A stretch of DNA of 64,000 nucleotides from Marsupella aquatica (taxonomy: Eukaryota; Plantae; Marchantiophyta): NCBI GenBank assembly GCA_973895155.1, contig OZ316897.1:8951832-9015831 (forward strand), in the 5' to 3' direction. Below are positions 48,644-62,700 of the stretch, in pieces. The position numbers were made by a program, and so were the translations under genes. Position 1 is the first letter of the stretch. The number at the start of each line of letters is the position of its first letter. Below the pieces are notes generated by a model. It was not told the origin of the DNA. It worked only from the letters and a program-made list of their open reading frames with translations, and ran no database searches.

Positions 48644-51600
48644 TCATTGATATTCCTCGTTTTCCACGGAAAAACAACCATCGTCTATAGTGTATGATAT
48701 CCATGAACCTGTTCCAATTGTGCTTGGTGCATTAGGTGTCATCAACCATGGTGGCAATGAATTGACAAGATTATTACAAAAACAGAGCTGTAGTGTTTGC
48801 AGTGACGGTAAACTCTTGATGCCATCCGGAATGCTTGCAACAGAAAAAAGGAGGATTTCGAGGTGACGAAGATCATTCAAGTCTCCAAATGAGTTCAGTG
48901 TCATGCATATGTCCTCAGCCACACGTATCCTCAAAAATTGAAGTTTCTTGAGTTGCCGTAAAGATTCGGGCAAAGTGTCCAATGTGCAATCCACTTCAAG
49001 ATCCTCCAAGGCAGCGAGTTGTCCGAAGGAGTCTGGCAAGGTGCGTAATTTGTCGCAGTAGCTTAATTGAAGCTGGTTCAAGGAGGACAGTCCCCCGAAG
49101 GACTCAGGCAAGGTGTACAAGTTCACACAAATCCAGAATACAAGATGGTTCAAGGAGGACAGTCCCCCGAATGACTCAGGCAAGGTGCACAAGTTGTCAC
49201 ATACCTTGAATTCAAGATAGTTCAAGGAGGACAGTCCCCCGAATGACTCAGGCAAGGTGCGCAAGTTCCGACAATGCCAGAATCGAAGATGGTTCAAGGA
49301 GGACAGTCTCCCAAAGGACTCGGGCAGAGAAGACAATTTTGGAGAATTTGCTATTACAAGGTGCTGTAAGGAGGACAGTTGCCCAATAGAACTCGGAAGG
49401 TGCTCCAAACCTTCTAACTCCAAGTAGGCAAGATGACTTTGGAGGGAAGGGTCAAAAAGATTTTGACCAACACATTTGAGTAAAACAAGCTCAGTTGGGA
49501 AGGATCCATCTTCCTGAGCTCCATCCATCCTCACTGGGACGTCGACTTCCAAGAAGTGCAGATTCTTCAGTCTAGGAAGAGCGTTGCTTGGAATATTAAT
49601 AGAAACCTCATCATCATTTGCACTCTCATGCTCCACCCGCAAGGCATATAATTCCTGTAAATAGAAACCACAACTGAGAATCAATAAATCACCTGATACA
49701 ATTTGATCTCAATCATTGCAAATAAGTAGTTAGGCCAGGAAAAATCTGAGCTCATCCAGGGTACTCCAGGACCATGTCCAATCCTTCAAATATGCCAGCA
49801 CAAGCATGGATGTTTGTAGTCTGCTAGTCTGATTGACCTGGAGCTTACCTTTCCGTTTAGCAGTCTTGAAGTTTGTAACATCTCCAGACCCTTCACTCCA
49901 TCCCAGACCCTCCACTTCCTGGAGTAGCTGGGCTCGCATGCAATCTTCTTTCCAAGACTTTGTAGCTGTTCATGTACCTTGATTTCCTCATCATCTTCCA
50001 CCTCATAAACCAGAGACATGTCCACCAAAGTCCCCCAAAGTAGCCTTTCAATAGTTGTGTTATAAGCAGCCCTAAATGCTGCCAAGGCTTCACCCAAAGT
50101 AAACGAAGATGTGCTGAAAAATGTTGTTGCATCCAAAAACATCTGCTGCTCAGTTGGTCCCAGATCCTCATAACTAGGCCTTAGCTTAGCCCAAAGCCTC
50201 TCATTCATGTCTTTCACATCCATTGCTTCATCCAAGGCAAGCAAAGTTTGCTTCCAGACATCACGGTTTGATTTTGCTTTCAGGTACTTCCCAAGAACTT
50301 CCAGTGTTAGAGGCAAGCCATCACATTTTCTCACAATGGTTTCCATGATGCCTCGCAACTCTGGCGCTGGTACTCCTTGACCTGGAAATGCAAAACGTTG
50401 AAAAAGTTCCATGGCAGCATCTTCTTTGAGGTATGGAACCTCATAGATGTCCCCCCAATGACGTACAAGATTTTGGTCTCGTGATGTCATAATGAAACGG
50501 CTATCTGAACTTGTAAGTTGACCTAATTCTGATAAAATCATGGCATCACGATCAGTAGAGATATCATCTAAACCAAGGAGTAACTTCTTCTCTCTCAACT
50601 TAGACCAGTTCTGTTCACTTGAAAGTTTTCTCCCATGATGACACATGTGATTCCACACTTGTTGTTTCACAGTCTGCTCATCCCCTTTGATTAGCTTCAC
50701 ATTAAGCACAAAACAAGTATACTCAAATTGTTGGCCCATGCTGTTGAAAATTGACTTGGCAAGGGTGGTTTTGCCCACACCTCCCATCCCCACTAGGCCT
50801 AATTTTGGACTGTTCACCAGCTTCTCGATTATTTCTTCCTTCGGACCATCAATACCAATAACTGAGTCGGGAACAAATTGGAAATAGTCAGGAAGTACTG
50901 ACATGCCTTGTGTCTGCATTTTATGAACAGTAGCCAACTGTCAATACCAATTGTATTTTTCGCTTCAAGAGACAATCATGAAACAGCCTACTTTCCAACT
51001 GAAATGTAGATGGCTGCTTTGGCACAAGGGATGAAAACATCTTACCTTCACGTCACCAACTATTCTGGAGAGAAACGTCTCTAGCTTATAGAAGTTTCTT
51101 TTGGTCTTTGTCATTGGCTTACATATTGTGAAGTGGTCTCCATCGACAATATTGAAATTATCGCGTCTTGAAGATGCCTCAGGGACTATGAAAACTTCAC
51201 CTAAGTGTCCCTTCCCAAACCCAACCAACAAATGCAATTGATCAGACCACAATTATGTCAGCCTCCATAGGGTGGCAAAATACTTGAATTCATATTTGAA
51301 GTAACATAAGACTCTCACTGTCACAAATTACTGCTACTACAAATGAGTCCATACACTAATGTTCATTAAACCTCAAGAAAAAATGATTGTGAGATGTCCA
51401 ATTGCAGAGGGACAGGATCTACCATTTAAACAAAGATTGCTTGCACACCACACGGAAGATAGTGAGTAGATCTGTACCAATCTTGTTGGCATGCTCTCTC
51501 CAACTCCCTCAATCTGCAACTTGGGATACATTCCGCATACCCTGTCGAACTTGTGATTCAGCCTTGCTGCTTCTTTACTCAGAATTTTGAAGTAATTCCG

Positions 51601-52372
51601 AAGGGGACCGCCACAAAGATCTACTGCTTCATCTGCAATTGAGCTGCCGTGATGTGGAGTGCCATAAAAAAATATTCCATTTAGGTTGTTAAGAAAGGTC
51701 TGGAGCTTCTCCTTGTTTGGGCCTTTTGTCATACCCAGCAATTCATGGGCTTGGCAGAATACTTGCTTAATGACAATGCCCCCAACAGAATGACCAACTA
51801 AGATCACCGGACAACCCGGCACTTGCCCAATGTCTGCTTGGAGTAGATCCGAGATGAAGTTTTCTGCAATGTTATAGATATCGAAAACACTGTTACGGAA
51901 GCTTTTGCCTACACGCCCATCATATGAAACATACAACACGTGACTGCCTGGGAATTGCTCAACCAACCACTCTTGAGGCCACATGCATTTCCCATCCCTG
52001 CTTTCCCACGTCGACAAATGTACATTTGTGAAGTTCTGGAATTGCAGCCCATGGAAGAACAGAAGCTGCATGCTGGCGTTGCCCGATGGTCTGTCAAGCT
52101 CATAAAAGGATTCATTTACCTGAGACAAAAGGGTCCAAATAATCAAAACTCCCACACAATATTGTGATTCAATGTCTCATTTGAATTGAATTCACAGAAT
52201 CCCACAGCCGCCAAGACCAGACTAGATCAGTATCTGGACTGTGAATTACCTCTCGAGCACCTGCTGTGATTCGCGAAGATGTAGAAGCTATAGATTCGGG
52301 GGCTTCCTCTTGATACCAGTCAGAGCATATGCTCGACAAGAAACCAGCGCAGCATGAAGAAAGGTTGAGCAT
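48644..52372 (-). CDS. Alpha/beta-hydrolase-NB-ARC-LRR (HNL) immune receptor, ~1009 aa, 5 exons
   Basis: Exons 52372-52250, 52119-51478, 51210-51046, 50937-49849 and 49654-48644, all phase-0 GT-AG. FFHGL, GHSVGG, FYGTPHHGS, DHFTICKP; P-loop GMGGVGKTT, kinase-2 LDDI, TSRD, GLPL, VHEQL; 24-aa LRRs LPESFGGLSSL. Confidence 0.9.
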
Positions 52373-53759
52373 GGTTGTCTTTTCAGGTTCAGAAGGCTGT
52401 ATGGTCGATCTTAGATGGTGGCCCAGAAGGTGGGACAATGTTCAATCCTTCAAGTGCCCATCCGTGAGTATTTTCAGCTGTCCCTGGGCGCAAAAGAAAA
52501 GAAAGTAATCTTATATAGTGACATACTGGTTGGTGAATCGAAGTGAGCAAGTCAACGTATTCCAACAACGACACACCATGACACAACAATTCAAGGATTT
52601 CGCCATAGAACTCTGGGTGAAGGGATTCACAAATCTTGGCCGTCACTGATGGATCTGTTGATATCAGAGAAGTGAAACGAAAGGCCTGTTTGTCGCAGAA
52701 GATGATGAATGAGGTCGTCCACATGTGGAAGAAACGAAAGAAAGTGATCGACCTTTGATAGGTCGGACGTAATGCCAAGGAGTCAACAATAATCGTGAAG
52801 TAACGGCGGGTGAATTAAGTTGAAGTGAGCCAGTGGATTTTTTTTGGTATGACACCAGCCAGAAGATGGAGAAGACGAGTAAACTCACAAGGCTACCATG
52901 GCGGAAAATTGGGTTCCTGCTGCAGAAATCTACAGAAGCCCATATGCAGATGATTCCGTCAAGAGGCTAGGAACCGAAAGGCGGCGATATTCACGGTTTT
53001 TGGGTAACGAGGCTTCCTCGTTGGACCAGAGTCATGGGTAACGAGGCTACTTCGTTGGAACAGAGCAGTGTTCCTGGATGACGAGGCGAAGGACGATTGC
53101 ACACATATGCTCACAGAAGAGACTGATCGCTACTATCGATTTGTAAACGGATCAACAATATTCATCAAATACCATGAAATTAACGGGGGTCAATACAAGG
53201 TATAATTGTAGACCTAGAACGACACCAGGCTGAAGAGGGAAAACTGAGCAGTACTCCTAACCTGCGGATGAAGAGGCGCAATACGGATTCCCAGATCTTG
53301 TCATAGTGAAAGACTCTTGCTTCCTTAGATTTCAAACCAGCAGATGCTTGGACCCATATCCAAGGTCAAGCACCAGACTTTTGCAACTCCAGCAAGACCT
53401 CCCGTCTCTGTGAATCAGCAAGCTACATCAACAAATCGGAGGTTGTGCGTCAGAAAGCAGGTCTCAGCAAAGTAGCGCTGCGACGGAAGGTTCCAACAAT
53501 GCAGACTCGCTCCTCAAAGCTCTGGGAGTCAACGATCAAGAAAGAAGGTCCGATCTACGCGTTGCTGGGAAACAGCATAGAGCATTTGGCCAGTATACAG
53601 AGAGCACGTCTTGGTAAGTGACAAGCGAAGAATCTGCTTTGGAATCTGTGAGCATCGGACGAAGGGGCCCCATTGATGAGACGCATATGTTACTTTGCTA
53701 ATAACAATTCTAAAGTTACACGTTTGCACCGTCCATGAGAAAGATTAATAAAAATATTG

Positions 53760-54100
53760 GCTCATATCTCTCAGCGTATACCTTTGCTGGAACTTTGGCA
53801 GAAATGTTTTACTCTTGACTGTAAGTTCGAGTTAGAAGTGTTTTTGGCACGAATTAATAGCTTACTCCACTGAAGTGTTAGAAGTGTTAATATTATTACA
53901 GGTGAGATTGCTCATATCTCTCAGCGTTTACTCTTGCTGGAATTTTGGCATAAATTACTAGTTTACTCCACTGAACTGTTAATATTATTACAGGTGAGAT
54001 TCTCACATCTCTCAGCGTTTACTCTTGCTGGAATTTTGGCACAAATTAATAGCTTACTCCAGCGAAGTGTTAGAAGTGTTAATATTATTACAGGTGAGAT
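53760..54100. repeat. Three-copy tandem repeat (CTCATATCTCTCAGCG...TTATTACAGGTGAGATT)
   Basis: Units start at ~53761, ~53911 and ~54002 with near-identical cores. Confidence 0.8.
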
Positions 54101-54194
54101 TGAAAGAAGTTGCAAATTTCTTCCTATATCGTGTAAAGTTTGGTCGAAAACTTTCTGGAAGCTTTTAATATGTGTGGGCTGTACTTTGATGTCG

Positions 54195-54850
54195 TTGGTA
54201 AAGTTGATGCGAGTCACTGTAGAAGTTGTCAATACCATCTGATGCGGTCACTTCCATCCTAACGATGACAATCACAAGCATTTCATAGACAATTCTTCTA
54301 GACATGTGATTGCTTTACTCTTTGGAATTTGAATACACATCCACGCTAATAACTCACAGGTAAAACAATTCATCGGCAGCTATTTCCATAAAGGACAGTG
54401 TGTAACCGAAATCTGGTAAAAGTTGATGTGAGTCACCGTAGAAGTTGACAATAGAATCTAATGCGGTCACTTGCACTCTAGCGATGACAATCCGCTCATT
54501 ACGTAAAGGACAGTGTGTATCGAAAATGTGGTAAAAGTTTATGCGAGTCACTGTAGAAGTTTCACCACCCATCTAATGCGGTCACTTCCATCCTAGCGAT
54601 GACAATCCCATCTAATGCAAGCATTTCATAGACAGTTCCTCTTGATGTGTAATTGCTTCACACTTTGAAAATTGGATACATATCCACTCAAAGATAATTC
54701 ACAGGTACAAGTAAAACAATTCATTGGTAAGCTCATTACGTAAGCTGACATTGTGTAACCAATGTGTGGGAACCACGGAAATAAGATAAAAAGTAAACTG
54801 ACATTGTGTAACCAATGTGTGGGAACCACGGAAATAAGATAAAAAGTAAA
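54195..54850. repeat. Tandem repeats (three GTAAA(A)GTTGATGCGAGTCACTGTAGAAGTT...GCGGTCACTT units and a ~53-bp duplication at ~54745-54850)
   Basis: Direct reading of the repeated strings. Confidence 0.75.
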
Positions 54851-55137
54851 ATTACAAGTACAAAACCAACATTTCACAGGGTGGAAATCACTTCGTCAAG
54901 TTCCACCTGAAATTCTGGTACGTTGTTTGGAATCGTGAAGACTCCAGAGGGCAGACAAACTACGAAAATTCATTTTCAGAGTACAGACTAACTCTGTCTC
55001 TCATATCTCTACGTCTATGTACTGTGATAACAATGCCAGATTTCGGATCAATCAGCTATAATACACCCAGAGCGCCCTCTCCCAAGTCTCAATCCAACCA
55101 TCAATCCTGCTCATAGTTTGTCTAATTAATCAATGCT

Positions 55138-56581
55138 TCATTTTCCTTCAGTGCTGCTCGCGTCCTCGCCTTTCGTTATGTCATACACTCCTTCTTCAAG
55201 GGTTGCGTTCGACGGCACAAAGCTCTCCTTGGGTGCTGTGCAAACTGCGCAAAGACAAAAACATCATCGAGTTATAATTATCATTTCATTTCAAACGAAC
55301 CAGTGACACCAATATACTCGACATGCTCAAATCAAGTGCAGGTCCAGCAATCAAATTGTGCAAATGATAGATTTCGTTTCATTCTAACTTAAAGAAGTAT
55401 CCAATTCAAGTGAATAGATTAATAATCTAGTGTGATACATCTCACTTATGCTACGACACAAAAGAGTCGTCAAGTTCCAATCAGGAAATGAGAAGCAGGA
55501 TGGCAAGTTGAAATAAATCGAGCTGTGCAAATGACATGTGGACATCATTTCTTTCTTGCAAGTCATATGTTGATATTTTCACGTACCGGGGCACTGGTAC
55601 TCGTCAGTCTGCTCCTCCCATGGCTTGTCAAGGTCGTAAATGTATCCACAGGCCGAACAGACATAAGCAACGCGCTGTCCTTTAGGAACATCCTTCTGTG
55701 GGACGGGCGCTGTGGTCACATTAGCTCCCAAGGGCACTTCAGTTCCTCCCAGACCGGACGGTGACGACGGTGGCGCGGGGCGGCCTGACGAAGTAGCCCG
55801 AACGCTCAAGCTCCTTCGCTTCTGTTGTGCATTCCATGCTTTGCATTGCACACTGGTGTCTGCATCGATCATCGACAGTCGACAAGATTACATCGTGTGA
55901 AAACAAAACATTACACAAGTGCCAGGTTATGAGGCTCCACGCCTTCCGTTCAACAGCGATCAATACAACAAACTCTATCACTCCGATTTCTTCCCTGAGG
56001 ATTAACGCTTTTCCTCCCCCAACGGAACACGTTTGCGCCGTTCGAAAGATATCGCGAAAAAGTGTGCAAATACATAATCGGCAGATTGCCAAGCTAGCCT
56101 GTGCGCTACTCCTAAAAATATCAGGTAGGAGACTCGACGTGGTCAAGACAGAAAATCTTCCTCTTACAGTACGATAATGGATGTCTTCTCTCAAGTAAGT
56201 CGGGCTTTAGAGATTATTATTACAGTGCTAAACCAGATCTACTACATTCTTCAGGAGGCAAGACCTATCGTACATGAGTGACATTCACAGATCGAACCAC
56301 AGATACTCATTTCAGGTCAACTCGCTTTCTCTCACTGTCAACAAGGAAACCAACGGACATGGTTTCAGGCGTCCATACAATGAACTGGGAACATAACGGA
56401 AGTAGTGGAGCTACAAATGATATACGCTTCTACCCATTGCAACAGTGGAAAGCATACAATTAGACAACAATGGCATGCCGAGAGAAAAAGAACACATACT
56501 CGAGGAGACCGAGTTGGCGGACAGCGGAGCCAGGCTCGAGAGCCGCGACGGTGCGAGCAGACTGGCCTGAATCGTAGCCAT
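55138..56581 (-). CDS. Plastid-targeted rubredoxin-like protein, 153 aa, 3 exons
   Basis: Exons 56581-56500 (transit-like MATIQASLLAPSRLSSLAPLSANSVSS), 55859-55587 and 55244-55138, with phase-1 GT-AG introns. YVCSACGYIYD...YQCP|VCTAPKESF gives the rubredoxin CxxC...CPxC motif. Confidence 0.85.
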
Positions 56582-57139
56582 TGTAGTCGCGATACAGAAA
56601 TCTAGCCCAAAAAATCAAGCAAGTTCTTCAGACTCGTGTCGAGCGCGTGCTCAGATTGCTCACTCACTTCTTCACAGATCTCAAAGCGATCGAGGGCCAA
56701 ATGAGCTGAGAAATCGACCGAACAGACTAAGTGCAAATTTGTACGTAGTGGATATAAAGATAAGCAGCTGGACTCGTGTCAAGCGTGTGCTCAGATTGCT
56801 GCAGATCGATGAGCTCTATATAGGACTGATGTCAGGGTCACACCGAGAAAATGGGCGGAGCTCGATCTTCGAAGAGGTGTCATGAGGAACGCGTGGCCGC
56901 CATTGCGAGGATCTTCGTTCCTCCACAGCTGCATGGTGCCCACGTTCACCGCCATTAGGCAACGCCCTCCATTTGCTTCAGCATGCATCGCTCACGTAGC
57001 TCGGAGCTCAGGAATCGAGTTTGATCGAAGGGCCAGTTCGAAGTTCTTCCATTGCAGTGGATTGCATAGAGGCTGCGGCTGCCAAGCGGTTCCATGACGG
57101 CCACAGAATTCAATACTCCTCGACGTTCCAAGGCTTCTA

Positions 57140-59760
57140 CCCAATTGCAATTTCGGAGCCCAAAATCCACGTGCCCATCGATCTGGCTCATGGGACGAAC
57201 TCATCCTTACCTTAGTCACTTAGTGCCTTTCGTGATTGTTGTGAATTGAATAATCTCGATGCTATGAGTCTGCTACCCACTTGCAATTTCGGAGGCAAAA
57301 ATTCCACGTGCCCACTCGATGTGCCTCATGGGGCTGTAATCTGGACACTCAGGACTTGGATCAATTAAGAATTCTAACTTTACTGACATTAGTAAACATA
57401 AAAAAAATCTTTGGCTTATGGGTGTATGAAGGTCCTCTTACCAGAGAATTATGGACAATAATAGCCTAAATTATGTTTACTAACATTAGTAAACATAGAA
57501 AATTATTTGGCATTTAGGTGTATGAAAGTACTCTTACCAGAAAATTATGGAGAATAATAGCCCTTCAAAACTTGAGTATGTTTTGGGGGCATTATATCTA
57601 GCAATCTACAATTATAATAAATAATCCGGTCTTTTTTTTGTTCTTCGTCTCATTATGAAATCCAGAATTGACAGGAATCAAAACTGACCATTAGATATTT
57701 TAAAGAATTTTTGTATCCGTTTGATTAGCACTTGCGCTCTCTGGCGAGGCCTCCCACGCTCATGCCTTCATTATGGACCCCCCTTGCAATATATGTATAC
57801 GGGCATCAATGCTCGCAATGCCTCGCCGGCCCTCACGATGCCTCACCCTAACTCCCTGTCTCACCCTCCCTTTGGTCCCGATGCACTTGCCCCTGCCTCT
57901 CCCCCCCGCCCCCCCCCCCCCCTGGCCCAACTCCCTATGGGCTGGCCCTCCTTGCGCGGTGCAACGCATGGGCATAGGGCTCGTTCACTATAACAAAACT
58001 TTATTATAATTATACCTGATTTTCTGAATTGAATAATCTTGACTTTCTGAGTCTTATACCCACTTGCAATTTGGGAGGCCAAAATTCAAGTGCCAGTTGA
58101 TCTGGCTCATGGGACTAACTCATCCTTCCCTTAATGCCCTTTGTGAATTTTCACTTTGTAATTTTATGGCCTTTTGTCATTTTTCATTCTGTAACTTTAT
58201 GGTTGGAGAAGAATGGATACTGAAGACTTGGATGAATGATATTTTTCCCTTCTTAGAGCCCTTGCTGATTGTTGGCTATTATTTTCCAGGGCAATCTGGG
58301 AGCATAACGAGCATAATGCCCTGGATCACCTCTTGAGGAAGATCTCCTCTACTTTTACTAAAATACAAAAAAGGAAAAATCTCTCAGGCCTTGAAGTGTA
58401 GTAAGGTCCTATTTCTAGAGCATTATTGGCAATGATAGCCCGTCAAAACTTGGGCTGAAGCTCTCTTTTTGGGGGTATTATTTTCCCATAGTACCCTTGA
58501 TCTGGCTCATGGGACAAACTCATGCTTACCTTAGGGCATATCCTACTGTTTTTTGAATTGAATAATCTCTACGTTATGAGTCCTCTAGTACCCACTTGCA
58601 ATTTGGGAGGCCAAAATCCACATGCCATTCAATCTGGCTCATTGACTATTTACTCATGGCCCTTCCTAATTTTTCCTTTGAGTAATTTTCAGGGTATTAT
58701 TGGAGAAAAATGGACACTCAAGACCTGGGATCAATTCATTAGTAAGCTTCTCCTCTATTTTGACTAAGATTAATGAAAATAAAACTCTCTTAGGCCCTGA
58801 AAAGTATTATGGTCATGTGTTTCCTGATCATTATGGGCAATAATAACCTCTCAAAACTGGAGCAGAAACTCTTTTTGTTTGGTCATTATATCCCACAATG
58901 TGCTCTAAAACTTCATGCTTTTATGATTTTTCACTTTGTAATTTTCTGGGCATTATTGGACACGAATGGACACTCAAGACTTGGATCAATGTAATTTCCC
59001 TTCATAACTTTCAGGGCATCCCTCCTATGCAGTTTACCCCCAGATCTACCAGACTTTTCAGTTTGTGGCTTAGTTGGGCTTTTGTGCTTTTTGCCTTTCA
59101 GGCTTTTGGGCTTTTTGCCTCTTTGACTTTTTGGCCCTTTTGTTTGCCAGGATTTTTTCTTTGTTTTTCTCACTTTATTGGGTTTTGGGCATTTGGGATC
59201 ATGTCTCCCATAAGGCATCTTGTTCCTTTCCGATTCCTTTGCAGTTCTATATATAGAAGAAGGGACACTCAAGACTTGGATCAATTGGGATTGTGCTCTA
59301 CATTTACTAAAATTAGTAAACATAAAAACTTCTTGGCCTGAAATTGTATGAAGGTCCTATTACTAGAGAATTATGGGCACTAATAGCCCCTCAAAACTCA
59401 AGCAGATGCTCTCATTTCTTCCCAGCATTTCTTGGGGCATTATATCTCAAAATGCATGGTAAACAGCACTTTACTATATACTTAATGCCCTTTATGATAT
59501 TTCACTTTGTAATTTTCATAGCAATATTAGAGAAGAATAATTAAGATTTGGATGGGCTCATTCTGAAAATTCTCCTTAGGTTTACTAACCTTAGTGATAA
59601 TAGAAATCTCTTAGGTGTTTAAGTGTATTAAGGTACTCTTACCGGGACTCTTACCAGAGCATTATGGGCAATAGCCATTACTTTGCTAAGCAAACAGCAA
59701 GTGAATGACAAATAATTATAATTTATTTCAAAAACCCAGTCCCTCAAAACTCAAGTTAAA
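57140..59760. repeat. Degenerate array of several-hundred-bp repeat units
   Basis: Recurrent CCCACTTGCAATTT.GGAGGC, TCTGGCTCATGGGAC.AACTCATC, GGACACTCAAGACTTGGATCAAT and TGAAGGTCCT.TTAC.AGAG.ATTATGG, 4-6 times each. Confidence 0.7.
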
Positions 59761-62700
59761 GCTCTCATCGGGGTATTAAAGTGCTCAGGGGTCTCAATCC
59801 AAAGGGTGTCAAATATCATGCGCAACTTTTTGGGAGAAACAAACAACCTAAAACTCAAGTCAATACATTTTTTTAAGGAAAATTTCCCCTAACTTAATGG
59901 AATATTCTTGGAATATTCCCAAATTTGGTTTTAAAAAACCTTGATTCTTATAATTGTAAAAAATGGATTAAAACAACTTTATTTTCTTCAACAAAATTTA
60001 AAAGTCTTTCACTAAACCCAATTAAAAGAACCTTATACTTATTCGAGCGTGATGGGTTGGAAGAAAATAAGTGAGGACCCCGGGTTAAAGCCCAATTGTC
60101 CTATGACCACCTATCTATCGATCAGAGTGTTCTACCATAGAGGTGTTGCATGTTGAGTCATTTTCTCTTCTCAGCAGCGCAACCAATCAGTAGCCCTCAT
60201 ATATCCAGAAGCTGATCGACTTCATGAGCCTTATAACACAGCCTCTGGCTCCTGCTTTGGTTCCAACAAAGATTTTGTTAAGTGTGTAAAGTCCAACAAG
60301 AAATCGGGTGTGACAGGGAAACCCCAAGCCTGCACTTGTCCACCGTATGCATTTTGTTATACGTGCACGTGCACGGGATGTCATTTATGCACTTCTCTAT
60401 ATATGTATTGCCTAACAAGTACGTGGGAAATTATTGCTTATGCCCTTCCCCAACCCTGAGTTAAATCTACGTCAAGTTAATGCTCCCCCACTTTCCCGGG
60501 GCGCCGTACACTGCCCGTCCCAGTCCCCGATGCTGCTGCCCGCTCCGGCCCAAGTTTGGTAGAACATAAACCAATACTGTATGATTTAACTCATGCGCTC
60601 CGGCCCGATCAACTTTGTGCTATCAACTTCAGGTTTATGTTTTGGCACCCAAAACTTTTTGTCAGCAACTCTGGCCCGATTGACTTTGTGCCATCAACTT
60701 TTTGGAAAGAAGTGTTGCCAAAACATAATTCACCACTCCATCCATGTATCTCTTTGTGTTGACTACTTGCTCATTGGATGTGTCATGGGCTTGTCGGTAA
60801 GATTGCCGTCTATGCTCACCACACTGGGAACACATCCAAATTGCAAAAATCCAAGCATTTTGGCAAAGTACGTGCAGGTTCATCAGGACTTCAATATCTG
60901 ACTACTAAAGTTAGCATCAAATCAGTGGGAGTGTGAAATTATTGTTACTAGCAATAAGAGGGGAAATAGGGCACCACTTTCTTTCCATTGGGCGGAAACA
61001 ATCTTTTAAATGCACGTAATTTTTTTATTAACACGATTCATGAGTGTAGAAAAATACTGGCTTCACCAGATTTAGTGTGAGTAACATTTATTGCCATGAG
61101 CATTGTGGTTAAACTACGGCTACCTTGACTGTAGAAGACTTTGAGAGCTCGTTTGAGAGTGCATTCCAGTATATATACACCCGAAGGAGGCGGGCTACCA
61201 ATGCTATTTTTTTAAGAAACACAAAGAAACTTAATTATTCACAGAACAAGTTGGGCAACAATACACGCTAGGACCAAGGCAGAGAGCATGCAGGAGCTGA
61301 CTGCCCTCCACACCCTCCACCCCCAGGGAGCATAAACACTAAGAGAAGAGACCTTAGGTTTAGAATGGGTCCTAGGTGACTGAGTCACCGCAAGGTGCCT
61401 TGAAAGGGGCTCATCGAGCTCATAAGTACACAAGAACTGAAACATGTCAAAAAAATTCCTAGACTCTTAAATTAAAGCTCACAATTCAAAGTTAATAAGA
61501 TTCCCTTGTCTATAATTTTTGCTTTTTGTTTGCTTTGGTGACAAAAACAATTTCTAGTTGTTTCCAAGAGATAGTTGTGTCTTGCGTGAAGTGTCTTTCT
61601 ACTTCCTCAGCTATCCACCCCTTGCTACCCCACCCTCATATAGAGATTGTCATCAACTGACTTCTCTACTTGGGTTGTGTTTTATCTCACAACTTTTAGT
61701 GAGTAAATAGATTTTGTTTTTGTGGAACATGGCCCTGAATGGTAAGATTGATGCTTGCCACTCTGATGATTAACTTTCACCTTCAAACATTAAAGTAAGA
61801 ACATTAGCTTGCAAGTCATTTTATAAAAACTAACCCAGTGACAAAAAGCAACTTACATCAAAGAAGCTCAGGACACAACCTTGTTATTTAGAACTGGTGA
61901 TAAGATTATAACTCGGGAGAAATATATAGTGATAGAGAGTGATAGTGGGACTAGATAAATAATTCTTTATTACTAGAATCAAAACAAGTTACACCTTTTC
62001 TTCTGACAAGAAACTCCTCATGAGATTTCCCATCACAAGATGTGAAATCAATCCCTTAACAGATCTACCATGACAGCCTAGCCAAGAGGTCTTGTCTGCA
62101 GCTTTAGCTCAGGTCCAGTCTCATTCTTCCTATAAACCACCATCTGAGATTTTCTTAAAATTATGATTTGACATGTCTTACATGTAAAAATATCGGGAAA
62201 CATATTTGAATCTGTTGAGGGCCTTTGCTCTAAACTTGTCAGGACTCTGTCAAAGGGCCTTTGCCCTCTTAGAAAAAGGTCCAAAAACAATGGAATCTGT
62301 CAAGGGGGAAGGGGGCCTATGGCTCGCATGTGGTGCCAATTGGATATTCAGACTTTGTCAACCAAAACTATTGTCCATTTTAGCTTATATACTGGTCTTG
62401 GGCAGAAAACTGAAAATCCTGATAAAGGTGTGGAGTAAACCACGTAGGAGAACCACAAAGAAGAATATGTCTAGAGGCTCTAAAACCAACTACCTCGGCT
62501 CTCTGAAGGATAGTGAAAGACTATGCCCTTTGAAGTGCAATGGAACTCTCCCTCTAAAGAAGACCTAAGTTTTTGAGACCCAAATGTGTGACCATGGATA
62601 CAAAGGAAACATACTATTTGATTTCAAAGAAAATTCTGAAAATAGTCCATCCTAGTTACTTGTTATGGTCCATCTGAGTTGTTTCCAAAACATTGTAGTC

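Noticed and set aside
61900-62600. Possible LINE remnant (ORF 62206-62568)
   Set aside because: No diagnostic motif in any frame.
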